64,000 nt of DNA, taken from contig CM059432.1 of the NCBI GenBank assembly GCA_030390025.1, positions 91,886,001 through 91,950,000 on the forward strand, in the 5' to 3' direction. The notes beneath the pieces were generated by a model, which ran no database searches, was not told the DNA's origin, and saw nothing but the letters and a program-made list of their open reading frames with translations. The DNA is from Squalus acanthias. Taxonomy: Eukaryota. Shown in pieces: positions 63,921 to 64,000 of the stretch. The translations under genes and the position numbers were made by a program. The stretch's first letter is position 1. Every line of letters begins with the position of its first letter.

Positions 63921-64000
63921 CTAGAATAAAAGCACAACATTTTTTTAGAATATAGTTTGTTCGTCTTTCACACTATGAAAATAAATAGTGAGAGACAAGG

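Noticed and set aside
1..64000. CRISPR arrays, operons or prokaryotic systems
   Set aside because: The sequence is intron-containing vertebrate DNA and no regularly spaced repeat-spacer arrays were seen.

Overview
This is vertebrate genomic DNA, most likely a cartilaginous fish (shark), inferred from V-SINE/HE1-type and DeuSINE/SacSINE1-type SINEs and abundant CR1, L2, Penelope and Harbinger repeats. Most of the window is transposable-element debris, often nested several layers deep. Two host genes end here tail-to-tail. The last two coding exons of ZC2HC1A lie on + (15718-15831, 16809-16998). On - are two phase-0 coding exons (63783-63920, 60307-60465), absent from the ORF track, that read as the C-terminal part of a divergent interleukin-7, matching the ZC2HC1A-IL7 neighbourhood of mammals. 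Other notable items: a ~760-bp Harbinger-type MITE family whose internal hairpins show compensatory substitutions; two foldback Penelope-derived inserts whose inversion point sits at a minimal hammerhead-ribozyme core; a full-length RTE LINE; a HARBI1-like transposase pseudogene; a tRNA-Trp pseudogene next to a Tx1 3' end; and a perfect CTCF-consensus site between the two genes. Boundaries of degraded repeats are approximate and all family assignments are from motif recognition, not database searches.
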